Below, one piece after another: positions 18,540 to 27,527 of a stretch of 64,000 nt of DNA (position 1 is its first letter; the number at the start of each line of letters is the position of its first letter). The DNA comes from a virus, in the IMG/VR virus record IMGVR_UViG_3300032213_003587, positions 52,442 to 116,441 of that record; one strand, given 5' to 3'. The notes beneath the pieces were generated by a model that made no database searches, was not told the DNA's origin, and saw only the letters and a list, made by a program, of their open reading frames with translations. Position numbers and translations under genes: made by a program.

Positions 18540-19553
18540 TCAAAAGAAGTTTTGAACTAGCTGATCACGAGCTAGATTTTTTGCCTTGCTTTCGCATTGA
18601 ATGTCAAAGTTCGGAGTAAAGCTCAGGGCCCAGTCATTCGCAGCTTGGTTCCAATAATAGTCGCTGTGTGCTCGCAGGTTGCCCCGTTTGACCCCGGACT
18701 GAAGCAGACTTTCAAGGTCGGGTCTGGTATTGACATCGTGCCCAACCAGGACATCTTCTCGGCTAATGCTATAGTGCATAGCAGGACGCACACCGCGCCA
18801 GCTATCTTGAATGCGTTTAACGCGGTCATCGTCTGGTTCAATATATTCTCCGGTTCTTACCCAATGGTGGTGGATGTCTAAAACCAATGCGACGTCATCC
18901 TGGAGTTCGAGGCTGGCGTCCAGGCCGTGCTTGGTTTCGTCGTTTTCAATGGTGATGCAGTTGCGTGCTTCGGTGCTGAGACGACCCAGCACGTCTTTGA
19001 TGCCTTGGGGTCCGCGTTTGCCGGCAATGTGGACATTGACTTTGAAGTCCTGGAACTTCTGGCCGTAGCCCATCCATCTAACCATATCTGCATGATATTC
19101 AAACTCCTCTACGGATCTATTAACGATGTCAGGGTGATGACTAGCAAGCACACAAAACTGACCAGGGTGAAAACTGAGGCGTACATCAAGGGCTCGTGCA
19201 ATCTCTCCGACTCTAGAAAAATGTGACTCACAGTAAGCACGAACATCGCTCCGGTGCCAATAATAGCGCCAATAAGGCTCAGTATAGACAGGGAGAAGAT
19301 CGCTGCCGAGACGCACCATCTTTTTATGTTCATCCAATGCTCCTACTCGTTCAATTAAAAGCCGCACACTCTCGATGTTATGCACCATCAAATCCCAGAG
19401 CCGTTGTTCGGCTACGTTCTGTTCCTGTCTATTAAGCCAGGCCACAGTAGTGGTGCGGGTATTGAGACGACGTGCGTCATCATCTTTTTGGAATCCGTCG
19501 ATTTGTTCTGGGTGGTCAATCCATTTACAGCAAAACCCGATGCGAGATGTCAT
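18540..19553 (-). CDS. uvsE: UV-damage endonuclease UvsE/UVDE
   Basis: RIGFCC, RLSFHPGQF, IENDE, LDIHHH, AHSDY, ESKAKNLA; start placed at MTSRIG just after the promoter. Confidence 0.93.
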   Translation of the reverse strand: MTSRIGFCCKWIDHPEQIDGFQKDDDARRLNTRTTTVAWLNRQEQNVAEQRLWDLMVHNIESVRLLIERVGALDEHKKMVRLGSDLLPVYTEPYWRYYWHRSDVRAYCESHFSRVGEIARALDVRLSFHPGQFCVLASHHPDIVNRSVEEFEYHADMVRWMGYGQKFQDFKVNVHIAGKRGPQGIKDVLGRLSTEARNCITIENDETKHGLDASLELQDDVALVLDIHHHWVRTGEYIEPDDDRVKRIQDSWRGVRPAMHYSISREDVLVGHDVNTRPDLESLLQSGVKRGNLRAHSDYYWNQAANDWALSFTPNFDIQCESKAKNLARDQLVQNFF

Positions 19554-19559
19554 GATATA

Positions 19560-19588
19560 ATTATAGTATAAGCGTAGTATAAAGTCAA
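19560..19588 (-). promoter_or_regulatory. Sigma70-type promoter TTGACT-N17-TATAAT (leaderless uvsE)
   Basis: Near-consensus; ATG 6 nt after the -10 box. Confidence 0.8.
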
Positions 19589-19863
19589 GTTTTTCGTACA
19601 CTCTCCGTATTGGCTAGTATGCGTTTGATGACGTTTTTGGTGTTGGTGGAAAATACCGTACTCAATCGACCCAACATCAGGCACTGCCAGACCGTCTGGG
19701 CATCCAGATACTGCAGGTCTTCTTCGTTGAAACGGTATTTTTGTCGGCTATAAACATTGATGGCTGCCAGAGTAACTTCAACTTCTTCCGCTGTGTACAG
19801 GGGAATCATCAGACCGGTTTGAATGCGTGGTCGTTCCGGAAATTGAATTATACTGGCTGTCAT
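19585..19863 (-). CDS. Hypothetical protein
   Basis: IIQFP motif; AATAAATA late-type promoter 5 nt upstream. Confidence 0.65.
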   Translation of the reverse strand: MTASIIQFPERPRIQTGLMIPLYTAEEVEVTLAAINVYSRQKYRFNEEDLQYLDAQTVWQCLMLGRLSTVFSTNTKNVIKRILANTESVRKT

Positions 19864-19871
19864 ACCAGTAT

Positions 19872-20159
19872 TTATTCTTTTTCATCGTTGCCCTGGGCCT
19901 GCATGCTGCCGATGAGATCTACTACGCTGCCATGATCATGTACATCCTGATCGGTGGCATCAATGATGGCCTTGAATTCAGCCACTACTTCTTCTACAGT
20001 GCGGGGCGAATCCCGGTCGTGCAGATCGTTCAAAAACTGCTTGCAGGCCAACAGCAGCAGTTCTAGCTTGTACTGGGCCCAGATCTCATTGCCACTGACA
20101 AAGGTTTCTACTTCTGAATCCGAAGACTGGGTTCGACGGTTGTATATCGATTTCTGCAT
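19872..20159 (-). CDS. Hypothetical protein
   Basis: Minus-strand ORF in the packed array. Confidence 0.55.
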   Translation of the reverse strand: MQKSIYNRRTQSSDSEVETFVSGNEIWAQYKLELLLLACKQFLNDLHDRDSPRTVEEVVAEFKAIIDATDQDVHDHGSVVDLIGSMQAQGNDEKE

Positions 20160-20311
20160 GCTTCTCTCACTGAATTAGGAATATCGGGGTGCCACTCAGC
20201 CATGCCACAATCATAGAATCGTGAATTGGGAGCTGGTAAAAATACTATGATGAAAAACATCATTAACAGCAGGCCAATTACTATTAAATTTATTTTGTTT
20301 GGAGGTCCCAT
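20108..20311 (-). CDS. Small membrane protein (YDC..AEWHPD.P..VREAC)
   Basis: N-terminal TM segment plus a Cys pair. Confidence 0.6.
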   Translation of the reverse strand: MGPPNKINLIVIGLLLMMFFIIVFLPAPNSRFYDCGMAEWHPDIPNSVREACRNRYTTVEPSLRIQK

Positions 20312-20496
20312 GATGTCTCGCTTTCTGGAATACCAAGGTTTAGAGATTCAGCTAAACCAGCCAACAACCGGCGCGGCATAACCAATGTAGTACTGCCATT
20401 TGCCTGATTATATATGGTGAATTTGCAGACAGAACCGCTGTGTTCAACCGTTGCCCACATGCGGTCACCGTCACGTAGTTCAAAGAATTTTTCCAT
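20290..20496 (-). CDS. Hypothetical protein
   Basis: Start overlaps the ligase stop (TAATG). Confidence 0.6.
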   Translation of the reverse strand: MEKFFELRDGDRMWATVEHSGSVCKFTIYNQANGSTTLVMPRRLLAGLAESLNLGIPESETSWDLQTK

Positions 20497-21824
20497 TATT
20501 TTATATCCTTTGCTTCATCGGCCGCTGACTTGTCTGATCTAAACTCAACAAATACTGGGAGGAATAGACTCTCTGTACTTGAAGTCTTGTCCTTGATTCG
20601 GGCGTTGTATTTGACGGAAACGATTCTTCCGACGCTATTTGAAGAATTAATGCTAAGCCGATCAGCATCGCTAAAGCCCGTACCCACATTGACCCGGATA
20701 CCACGACAATTAGACTCAAGCACCAGAGCACCAAGACGACCCACATTTTTTCCTGTCCCTTCTTCCCAGCCAACGACCACTAGGTCGCATTCTAGCTCGC
20801 CCTTGAACTTAATCAAGCTCTTGCTGCGTTTATTTTCCCAGATACCTTCCTGGGTCTTAAGTATGATGCCTTCCTGACCTTCGGCCAAGAAACGTTCAAA
20901 TATCTGCTTGGCTTCATATTCACTGTCAATCTTTTTAGTATATACCAGACTCACATAGTGCGCAAGGTTGCGCTGTTTCTGCAGATCATCCATGCACTCA
21001 TAGAGTCGAGTCAATCGCTGATTATAGGGCGTGTTGTCCACACCGGCCTCAAAACCGGACAATGGTATGGCGTCCCAGACAGTAGCGCGTACTCGCAGGG
21101 CCTCGGCTTCACTCATGGTGCCTTTGACTGCTTTGTTCAAGATGCCATTGCCGGTTTTGCGATCTAAGATTTTTCCGGCAGCGTCAACCACAGTTAGTTC
21201 ACCATCAAACACCATGTCGTCTTTGTAGAAGTTGGCCATGTGTCGGAATGGTTCTTCAAATACTGCATTGGGTACGACAACTTCTTTACCATTGCGGCTG
21301 CGAAATTCTACCTTGCCATTTTTTACTATCGCGTTGAAGCGCATGCCATCCATTTTGAGCTGAGCAAACGCTGGCCATCGTACTCTTTCAACTAACTTGT
21401 GATCATAGGCTGACGCCAGCATGCAGGGATAGCTAGGAATAAGATCCGGCCATATTTTATTGACTGTGGCTTCGCTAACTCCACATTTCAAGTCCTTGGC
21501 AATGATGCGTTCGATAACTCGGGCATCTACCGGAGCCACGCTCTCTAGCACAATCTTCAGGTGTTCAATACCGGCATTGCCGGTCAAGGTACGACTGCTG
21601 AGCAGATTTAGACGCAGCATGGCCTGATCCAGGGTATCCTGCTTCTTGCTAATGAGGTTGAAAGTATAGTCCGGAATCTTACGGATATAAAAATTCACGA
21701 AAGGATTGAGTGCGAGTTTGATCACCGACTTCAAAGTTTCGTTGTTGATGTTATCGCGCAGCACCTGTTCTTTGTAGAGCCGACTATTATTGCTGGCCAA
21801 GTCTTCTAGTATATCCAAGATCAT
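20496..21824 (-). CDS. gp30: ATP-dependent DNA ligase (gp30)
   Basis: LKMDGMR (KxDG), VFDGE, EGIILK, KFK, VGTGFSD, LFLPVF; start placed at MILDIL. Confidence 0.95.
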   Translation of the reverse strand: MILDILEDLASNNSRLYKEQVLRDNINNETLKSVIKLALNPFVNFYIRKIPDYTFNLISKKQDTLDQAMLRLNLLSSRTLTGNAGIEHLKIVLESVAPVDARVIERIIAKDLKCGVSEATVNKIWPDLIPSYPCMLASAYDHKLVERVRWPAFAQLKMDGMRFNAIVKNGKVEFRSRNGKEVVVPNAVFEEPFRHMANFYKDDMVFDGELTVVDAAGKILDRKTGNGILNKAVKGTMSEAEALRVRATVWDAIPLSGFEAGVDNTPYNQRLTRLYECMDDLQKQRNLAHYVSLVYTKKIDSEYEAKQIFERFLAEGQEGIILKTQEGIWENKRSKSLIKFKGELECDLVVVGWEEGTGKNVGRLGALVLESNCRGIRVNVGTGFSDADRLSINSSNSVGRIVSVKYNARIKDKTSSTESLFLPVFVEFRSDKSAADEAKDIK

Positions 21825-21825
21825 A

Positions 21826-21969
21826 TCAATTATCCTTGCGCACTTGACGCTGTAGTTCACGACGAAGCTGTTCCAACACAATCTTCCAATGCTGCTTGGC
21901 CCAGGTACTGCGGGCATCGGCTAGCACTGCTTCAACGCGACTCATTCTTGCCATGGTCTGTTCAATCAT
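21826..21969 (-). CDS. Hypothetical protein (MIEQTM...)
   Basis: GAGGAG SD; downstream of the promoter at 22001. Confidence 0.6.
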   Translation of the reverse strand: MIEQTMARMSRVEAVLADARSTWAKQHWKIVLEQLRRELQRQVRKDN

Positions 21970-22000
21970 ATAATCTCCTCTATCATTTGGATCATACGTC

Positions 22001-22029
22001 ATTATAGCAGAACTCGGATTGAATGTCAA
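22001..22029 (-). promoter_or_regulatory. Early promoter TTGACA-N17-TATAAT with extended -10
   Basis: Perfect consensus with TG motif. Confidence 0.85.
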
Positions 22030-22223
22030 GCCCCGAGATGGGTATAGGGATGCACGTGTATTTCCACACAAGCGTGCTGAGATTCGATCTTATCTCGCAT
22101 GGCTGTAATTTCCGCATCGTTTTTAGCCAGGCCGCCGAAGCACCAATCACGGGTTCGCCCCATGGTGTCACGCGGAGCATATTCTATGATATAAAAGGAC
22201 TGCTGTAGTTGATCAAACATCAT
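22026..22223 (-). CDS. Hypothetical protein
   Basis: ATGA overlap with dsbA. Confidence 0.55.
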   Translation of the reverse strand: MMFDQLQQSFYIIEYAPRDTMGRTRDWCFGGLAKNDAEITAMRDKIESQHACVEIHVHPYTHLGA

Positions 22224-22489
22224 GAGCTCGTGGTCTGGTTGGTGATGGTTTCATACAAGGCTTCAAATTCCGCATGCTCGGCCACCTCTTCGCTGAACGT
22301 ACTCTTGTGATATACTTTGACCATGCGACGGAAAATTTTCTTATCCAATTCAAACTTCTCGCAGGTGTCGGCTATGGCTTCTTTGATTAAGTCACGCTCC
22401 GCAGCAATGCGTGTCATGCTGTTGCTGATTTCCTGCATGGCTCCATTAATAGCCTTGCGGTCCGCTGGATTACTTATCTGCTTGCTCAT
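22220..22489 (-). CDS. dsbA: T4 DsbA-like double-stranded DNA-binding protein
   Basis: EISNSMTRIAAERDLIKE...KKIFRRMVKVYHK...EFEALYE. Confidence 0.8.
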   Translation of the reverse strand: MSKQISNPADRKAINGAMQEISNSMTRIAAERDLIKEAIADTCEKFELDKKIFRRMVKVYHKSTFSEEVAEHAEFEALYETITNQTTSS

Positions 22490-23432
22490 TCACATCTCCA
22501 TTAAAGTAAGGATTCATAATGTCTTCATAAAACTCAATCATGGTGCGCTGATTCCAGCTATCGTAAAATGGCTGCAAGGGTTCAATACCTGCTGCGATTA
22601 TATCACGAATTGGAGTTTTTGTCAAGTCTCGGCTCTCCGCATATACATGACGGAAATGCACACTCTTATTCACCGCAATGGGCTTACGAGCTGCTAAGGC
22701 TAGATCCATGCTAGCACTCACACCTTCGCTGTTACCGATGCCGCCGTAGTCATAGTAAAAGATGTTGATGTCGTTCTGATTCATCCAGGCTACCAATTCT
22801 CGATGTTCGAGAAACGCATGCGTAATCTCAACACGGATATTGGCATTGGCCATGCTTCTAGCCTGATTGCCGATGTTTTCCGCTAGCTGCTGAGCACCGG
22901 GAATATAATCGCCAAGTGATAGATGCAGACGCAGATCAATGGGTTCTTCGGTGAACTCCGCATTTATGATGGCCATGATGTCCGGCAGCTTCTTGCCGTC
23001 GTGACCAAAGCCGCTGGTACCAATTTTTAGTCGTTCACCGGGCGGCGCGTACACGATGTCATCATAAAAGATCACTGGTCGCGGACTATGATGTCTGGGA
23101 TCGGTACCCACCGGAGAGATATGAATCTCGGCCCTGGTGTTATCCAACTCAGTGAAACAATCGTGACCGTCGATGTAGAACTGCGGTACAGCGATTCGTC
23201 GAGTAACGTCGGATGTCAGCCAGGCAGTGGTCATTGGATGCCAATTATAGAGGATGCCATCCACCGCATACTGCTGCAGATAGTCAAACAGTTCCTGCTC
23301 ACTGCCAATCTCTGCCAGATAAAAATTGTAGTTTTCCGAACCACTGAGCAGATTGAATACATTGCTGCTATAAGCATGAATACCGCACTGGCGTCGAGGA
23401 CCAGTGACAAGTATTATGTTGGGCTTACTCAT
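22470..23432 (-). CDS. Putative GT-B glycosyltransferase (paralog of 38266-39231)
   Basis: CGI, IGTSGFG, WMNQNDINIFYYD, DLALAARKPIAV, FRH. Confidence 0.6.
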   Translation of the reverse strand: MSKPNIILVTGPRRQCGIHAYSSNVFNLLSGSENYNFYLAEIGSEQELFDYLQQYAVDGILYNWHPMTTAWLTSDVTRRIAVPQFYIDGHDCFTELDNTRAEIHISPVGTDPRHHSPRPVIFYDDIVYAPPGERLKIGTSGFGHDGKKLPDIMAIINAEFTEEPIDLRLHLSLGDYIPGAQQLAENIGNQARSMANANIRVEITHAFLEHRELVAWMNQNDINIFYYDYGGIGNSEGVSASMDLALAARKPIAVNKSVHFRHVYAESRDLTKTPIRDIIAAGIEPLQPFYDSWNQRTMIEFYEDIMNPYFNGDVNEQADK

Positions 23433-23595
23433 CGCTGCTTTCCTGGGTGCGACGTTCTTTCTTTGGACGGATCATGCTTTGAAGCTGGGCCGTAATCATG
23501 GCACGACGCAGTTCGCCGCGTTCATGCACATCGCTGATCTGCGCCAGCATGCGCTTGGTTTCTTTCTTCATCTTAAATCCGGAATTTGCCTTCAT
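23425..23595 (-). CDS. Small basic hypothetical protein (56 aa, MKANSGFKMKKETKRMLA...)
   Basis: Hand translation; AAGGAG SD, ATGA overlap; absent from the ORF track. Confidence 0.7.
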   Translation of the reverse strand: MKANSGFKMKKETKRMLAQISDVHERGELRRAMITAQLQSMIRPKKERRTQESSDE

Positions 23596-23828
23596 TGCTG
23601 CTCCTTAAAGTGATTTCTAATTGCATCTTCAACCAATACACGGCCGGTGTAATCCAGGCTCATGCCATGGCGTTCTAATATGTGACGTCGGCCAACTAAC
23701 GCACACTCATTGACAATCAAGTCAACAAGTCGGTCAATGGCCCGTCGATCGTATTCATCCATGTCGTCCAGACTGCCCTGAGCAGTTAGACCAGACTCAT
23801 ATAGTAGATTTTCTAATTTATCGTTCAT
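23592..23828 (-). CDS. Hypothetical protein, MNxxI/L...IVxEC family
   Basis: MNDKLENL...LIVNECA...IRNHF. Confidence 0.7.
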   Translation of the reverse strand: MNDKLENLLYESGLTAQGSLDDMDEYDRRAIDRLVDLIVNECALVGRRHILERHGMSLDYTGRVLVEDAIRNHFKEQQ

Positions 23829-24037
23829 TGATCAAGCCCAAAATGTTTAAGAATAGTTTTATCAATTCTGCGCTGATACTGTTCATCGGTAAATGTCAGA
23901 GGAAACAAAGAAGCACATTCCCTGACAATCAACTCGGCAAACTTTTGATTATACTTGCTCATATCGCAAATACCATTGGGACGTGATTGAACAGCATTAA
24001 CTGCTTCTTCAGCAAGTTCTTTAATTCTATCGTTCAT
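23825..24037 (-). CDS. Hypothetical protein, KFAELIVREC family
   Basis: MNDRIKELA...KFAELIVRECA...LKHFG. Confidence 0.75.
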   Translation of the reverse strand: MNDRIKELAEEAVNAVQSRPNGICDMSKYNQKFAELIVRECASLFPLTFTDEQYQRRIDKTILKHFGLDQ

Positions 24038-24040
24038 TCT

Positions 24041-24310
24041 TTAACCCTTAGGCAAGTTATATTCTCTTTCATACTGAGAATTTACGCTTCCATCACGTTC
24101 AGGACTAGGATATTTGATGTTACTTTCTACTTCTAATCCAAATGATTTAAGTATGTTCCTCTGGTCAGCTTGGCTACCGCATCTATCAGTACATTCTCTA
24201 ATAATTAACTCGGCGAACTTTTCAAGTAAATCTCTGCGGCTGCCTTCGGCATAATTATTACCCAGGGCAATGCCGGACTGATAGGCCAGCTCTTCAATTC
24301 GTTCGTTCAT
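24041..24310 (-). CDS. Hypothetical protein, KFAELIIREC family
   Basis: Start placed at MNERIEELA; paralog of the next two genes. Confidence 0.7.
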   Translation of the reverse strand: MNERIEELAYQSGIALGNNYAEGSRRDLLEKFAELIIRECTDRCGSQADQRNILKSFGLEVESNIKYPSPERDGSVNSQYEREYNLPKG

Positions 24311-24448
24311 TGCCAAATGTCCTGATCCAGTCTGCTTTGAAGCCATCGATATCCTGCTGAACTCCGAGCCGAACATCAGCTACAACGTTGTGTACAACTG
24401 CACAACCTGTCATCATCAAAATGCAGCTCAATAATATAAGTTTTTCAT
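24294..24448 (-). pseudogene. Small lipoprotein-like ORF with an apparent 1-nt deletion after the ATG
   Basis: One extra A in the A5 run gives MKKLILLSCILMMTGCAVV...RTN (lipobox MTGC); as sequenced the ATG frame stops after 6 codons. Confidence 0.4.
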
Positions 24449-24822
24449 CCTCGCCTCATAGTAGAAATGTCCTTGGCTTCTTTGTCGCTAAAGATTGGAA
24501 CCATGTTACTCTTGTGCATGGTACCTATACCTATCATCTTATCGCCAGTATACTGCTGCTGCCGAACCGGAGCCGTCGTGCCCAGGCCGGTATCTACGCT
24601 GGGTATGTGGCGAGTATTGCGCTCCATGTTCATATTCTTAGGGCCAGTATATACATTGCGCTGCAATTTTCTAGCTGGCGCCACCGGATATTTTTTCTGC
24701 AACTCTGACCACGACTCGGCAAGCTGCTGCTCCTTCTGCTTGTGTTCAGAGCTGCGATACTTCTTCTTGCCGCGACGTTTGCCGGTGGTGCTCAACCAAG
24801 GGCCTTCCAGATGCATGCTCAT
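24445..24822 (-). CDS. Conserved T4-like hypothetical protein
   Basis: YTG.KMIGIGTMHKSNMVPIF...DISTMRR. Confidence 0.8.
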   Translation of the reverse strand: MSMHLEGPWLSTTGKRRGKKKYRSSEHKQKEQQLAESWSELQKKYPVAPARKLQRNVYTGPKNMNMERNTRHIPSVDTGLGTTAPVRQQQYTGDKMIGIGTMHKSNMVPIFSDKEAKDISTMRRG

Positions 24823-25067
24823 TTTAATTTTACTGCCAGATTGAGAAACATATGAATAATAACCACACTGCTCCAGGTACTCATATTATAGGGAATGCTG
24901 AGAGCAAACAAAGTATTCAATGCCTGAATAACCAACAATGGACCTATAATACCTATGAGCACTAAGAGTGCCAACATTACCCAAAGCATGGCGCTGCTGG
25001 ATTCCGCAGAAGTAAAAGGTCGCAGTAATTTAAGCATAATATAAATCCTTTTTAATAGGGGGTACAA
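24819..25067 (-). CDS. Small membrane protein
   Basis: Two TM segments; GPLLVIQALNTLF.LSIPY...W. Confidence 0.65.
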   Translation of the reverse strand: MYPLLKRIYIMLKLLRPFTSAESSSAMLWVMLALLVLIGIIGPLLVIQALNTLFALSIPYNMSTWSSVVIIHMFLNLAVKLK

Positions 25068-25249
25068 ATTTCTCGGACGCCCACCGGCTGACCACTTTCA
25101 CTGTAATACTTGGGCTGAAGAGTGCAGGTACGTATGGGTTGATTGGTCTGTACACGATCATAGAACACCTGAGTGACAGTACCATACTTGGGCAGCGGCG
25201 TGACGGCAGCCGCTACTGCTACTACTACTGGGGCTAGAGCAAAAGGCAT
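25052..25249 (-). CDS. Hypothetical exported protein
   Basis: Hydrophobic N-terminus; TAATG overlap. Confidence 0.55.
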   Translation of the reverse strand: MPFALAPVVVAVAAAVTPLPKYGTVTQVFYDRVQTNQPIRTCTLQPKYYSESGQPVGVREICTPY

Positions 25250-25473
25250 TATAGCGAATCTATGGGTAGGTTGCTGGAAAACTCTGCACTAAATTCGTCG
25301 GTCATTGCATTATATTGCAGATCAGCAGCCATGTCAAATGCTTCTTCAGCCAATAGCTGAAGTTCAAAATTAATGCGGTCTTCTTCTATTTGAGCCATCC
25401 AACCATTGAACCCACCGAAGGCCGCATCCCATTCTTTAACATCAATCATTTCCATAACAATCTCCTTATCCAT
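25249..25473 (-). CDS. Acidic early hypothetical protein
   Basis: Directly after an early promoter; alternative start at 25455 has an AAGGAG SD. Confidence 0.65.
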   Translation of the reverse strand: MDKEIVMEMIDVKEWDAAFGGFNGWMAQIEEDRINFELQLLAEEAFDMAADLQYNAMTDEFSAEFSSNLPIDSL

Positions 25474-25479
25474 ACCTAT

Positions 25480-25507
25480 ATTATAGCACCTTGCATCAAA
25501 ATGTCAA
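25480..25507 (-). promoter_or_regulatory. Early promoter TTGACA-N16-TATAAT (repeat family)
   Basis: TTGACATTTTGATGCAAGGTGCTATAAT; near-identical to the copies at 33619 and 33970. Confidence 0.88.
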
Positions 25508-25535
25508 GCAGGAAACATCAAGCAGATCAATGGGT

Positions 25536-26015
25536 CTACGCCGGCTCTTTGGCTTTCTTGGCCTTGGGCTCGGGATCTGGACCTAAAATGCCGGGAAATG
25601 CCTGGCGCACTACTGCCTCAGTAACTCCGCGATACCGGCGATGCAGTTCTTTGTCTTTGAGTGCGATAAACATATCGGCTTCAATGCCGTTGATGCCTTC
25701 GAGCATCTGGATGAAGATGTTTTCAATCTGAGTACGCTTCAGTGACTTGGGACGACGTGGATGGTCTTTGATCACCAGATACAGACGTCGCGACTCTGCA
25801 TAGAAATTGGTCTCGGCCATGTTTACTGGATGCGGTGATCGTTTATACGGAGGTTCGCCTTTGGGTAGATCAAATTCCACCTTTGGATCAAAGTTCAAGG
25901 CCAGTACATACTTCAACATCTTGTTGCCTTCGAACTTTTTTAGATGTGCTACTCGTTCGGCTTCGCCCTTGATGGCGCTGACCTGTTCTAGAATTTCCGG
26001 TATCAGATAATGCAT
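25536..26015 (-). CDS. Conserved T4-like hypothetical protein (DUF6433-like)
   Basis: FDP...LPKGEPPYK, E.RRLY, ENIFIQMLEG; typically follows rnh. Confidence 0.75.
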   Translation of the reverse strand: MHYLIPEILEQVSAIKGEAERVAHLKKFEGNKMLKYVLALNFDPKVEFDLPKGEPPYKRSPHPVNMAETNFYAESRRLYLVIKDHPRRPKSLKRTQIENIFIQMLEGINGIEADMFIALKDKELHRRYRGVTEAVVRQAFPGILGPDPEPKAKKAKEPA

Positions 26016-26914
26016 TAAAAATCTCCCAATGATTCGATCATGTTCTTCATCTTATTTTCAATGAAGTAATTGAGCAGTTGACTGCGGTCCTTGCGTGGCT
26101 GAGTAGTCCAGGCCTCCACAATGCCGTTGCGCACTGTATCTGGTATATAGTCAAAGTCAATGAGATAGCGATTGCGATTGAAATTGCGCTGAGTGGCATC
26201 ATCCACCAAGGGTGCAAATTCGTCCGGAGTTACTTTGACCCATTCTGCGAGCTTTTTACTGCTCACCGGTTTCTGTCGTGTCTCAGTAATAAAGCAATCA
26301 TCAGGGCTAAGAATATTAGGAATGCCATCGCCTTTGTCGCCTTTAATAATATGTTCCATCAAATAGGCATTGATGGAACCTTCGGGTTTAATCCATTTTT
26401 TATGTATGGGCGAATATTGACTGACATTCTTATAGCGTTGCAGTTGAATGAAGTCATGGTCACCGCTCAGAATAAGCACGGGCTCGGGCTCGGCTCCACC
26501 AAACATGCCATCCTGTCGCAGATTGTTGGTCTGTGTCCAGGTAGCCAGGGTGGCAATTACGTCGTCAGCCTCGGCTCCATCCACATCAATGACCTGATAG
26601 GGAAAGAACTGATGCAGTTCCGCACGAATTTCTGCCAGCGTGTCAAAGATCAGCTTCCAATCAAAGCCACTGTCTTGACGAGCCTTTTTACGGCTAGCCT
26701 TATAGTGTGGAAACTTATCCTTGCGCCAGTATTTGCGATTGTCGCAGGCAATGACCATTTCGCCAAACTCGTTGCCGAACTTAACTCGGTAACTGCGTAT
26801 GGCATTGACAATCATGTGACGGATAAGATCCTTGCGAATCTCTACGTCGGTACGGCCTGCCAACTCCGCCATCAAGGTACTGATGGCGGTCTGATTAAAA
26901 TCAACTATGATCAT
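26015..26914 (-). CDS. rnh: T4-type RNase H (5'-3' exonuclease)
   Basis: IVDFNQ, YWRK..FPHYKASRK, EADD, SGDHDFIQL, GDKGDGIPN. Confidence 0.95.
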   Translation of the reverse strand: MIIVDFNQTAISTLMAELAGRTDVEIRKDLIRHMIVNAIRSYRVKFGNEFGEMVIACDNRKYWRKDKFPHYKASRKKARQDSGFDWKLIFDTLAEIRAELHQFFPYQVIDVDGAEADDVIATLATWTQTNNLRQDGMFGGAEPEPVLILSGDHDFIQLQRYKNVSQYSPIHKKWIKPEGSINAYLMEHIIKGDKGDGIPNILSPDDCFITETRQKPVSSKKLAEWVKVTPDEFAPLVDDATQRNFNRNRYLIDFDYIPDTVRNGIVEAWTTQPRKDRSQLLNYFIENKMKNMIESLGDF

Positions 26915-26915
26915 T

Positions 26916-27527
26916 TTATTCTTTCGTTGCGTTGATTTGTTCTACTTTTTGTGCTTCAATTCTATTGACTTCTTCTTCGAGTTCACGGAATGCCTTGCTG
27001 GCCTTGAACTTGGTAGCCAAACCGGCATCGCGTTTAATTTCCTGCATCAACAGACGATTGCTTTCGTCCGCACTATACTTCAGTCTTACGAATGCACGAT
27101 AACCGTCTTTTTCATGCACCACTTTGAACTGATCACGATGCACACCAATCAAGTTTACCTTGGCAACCACCATCTTGGTGGTACGTTCGATGTCGGCATG
27201 CGACGCTTTGCTGGTACCACTCTGATAGGCAAAGTCCTTCATCATGGCGCTGGTATATGAACTGAAGTTAGCAGCCAATTCTCTTTTAGCACTCAACATG
27301 GCACGGTCCACAGCAAACTGAAAATTGTCGCTGTCTTCGGTAGCCACGGCATAGAGATTTTTATCTTTGGCATCGGGCTGAGCCGTATACCAGCTCGGAT
27401 AATTTACTTCGTTGCTGAACATGCGCTGTCCTGGACCTTCGATTTCTACTCCGGTGTTATATTTTACGGAACCGCATGCAGTTAATGCCAATACTAAGGG
27501 AGTTAACACGTATAATTTTTTCATCAT
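26916..27527 (-). CDS. Lipoprotein, LPP20-like
   Basis: Lipobox LTAC; PSWY; A.DRAMLSAKRELA. Confidence 0.7.
   Translation of the reverse strand: MMKKLYVLTPLVLALTACGSVKYNTGVEIEGPGQRMFSNEVNYPSWYTAQPDAKDKNLYAVATEDSDNFQFAVDRAMLSAKRELAANFSSYTSAMMKDFAYQSGTSKASHADIERTTKMVVAKVNLIGVHRDQFKVVHEKDGYRAFVRLKYSADESNRLLMQEIKRDAGLATKFKASKAFRELEEEVNRIEAQKVEQINATKE

Noticed and set aside
21825-21917. N-terminal extension of the ligase in the ORF track (similar extensions on uvsE, phoH, 41718, 34783, 33569, 31945, 24376)
   Set aside because: The extensions overlap upstream genes or promoters; downstream starts have better SD or promoter context
26078-26935. 285-aa plus-strand ORF
   Set aside because: Antisense shadow of rnh; no motifs or SD
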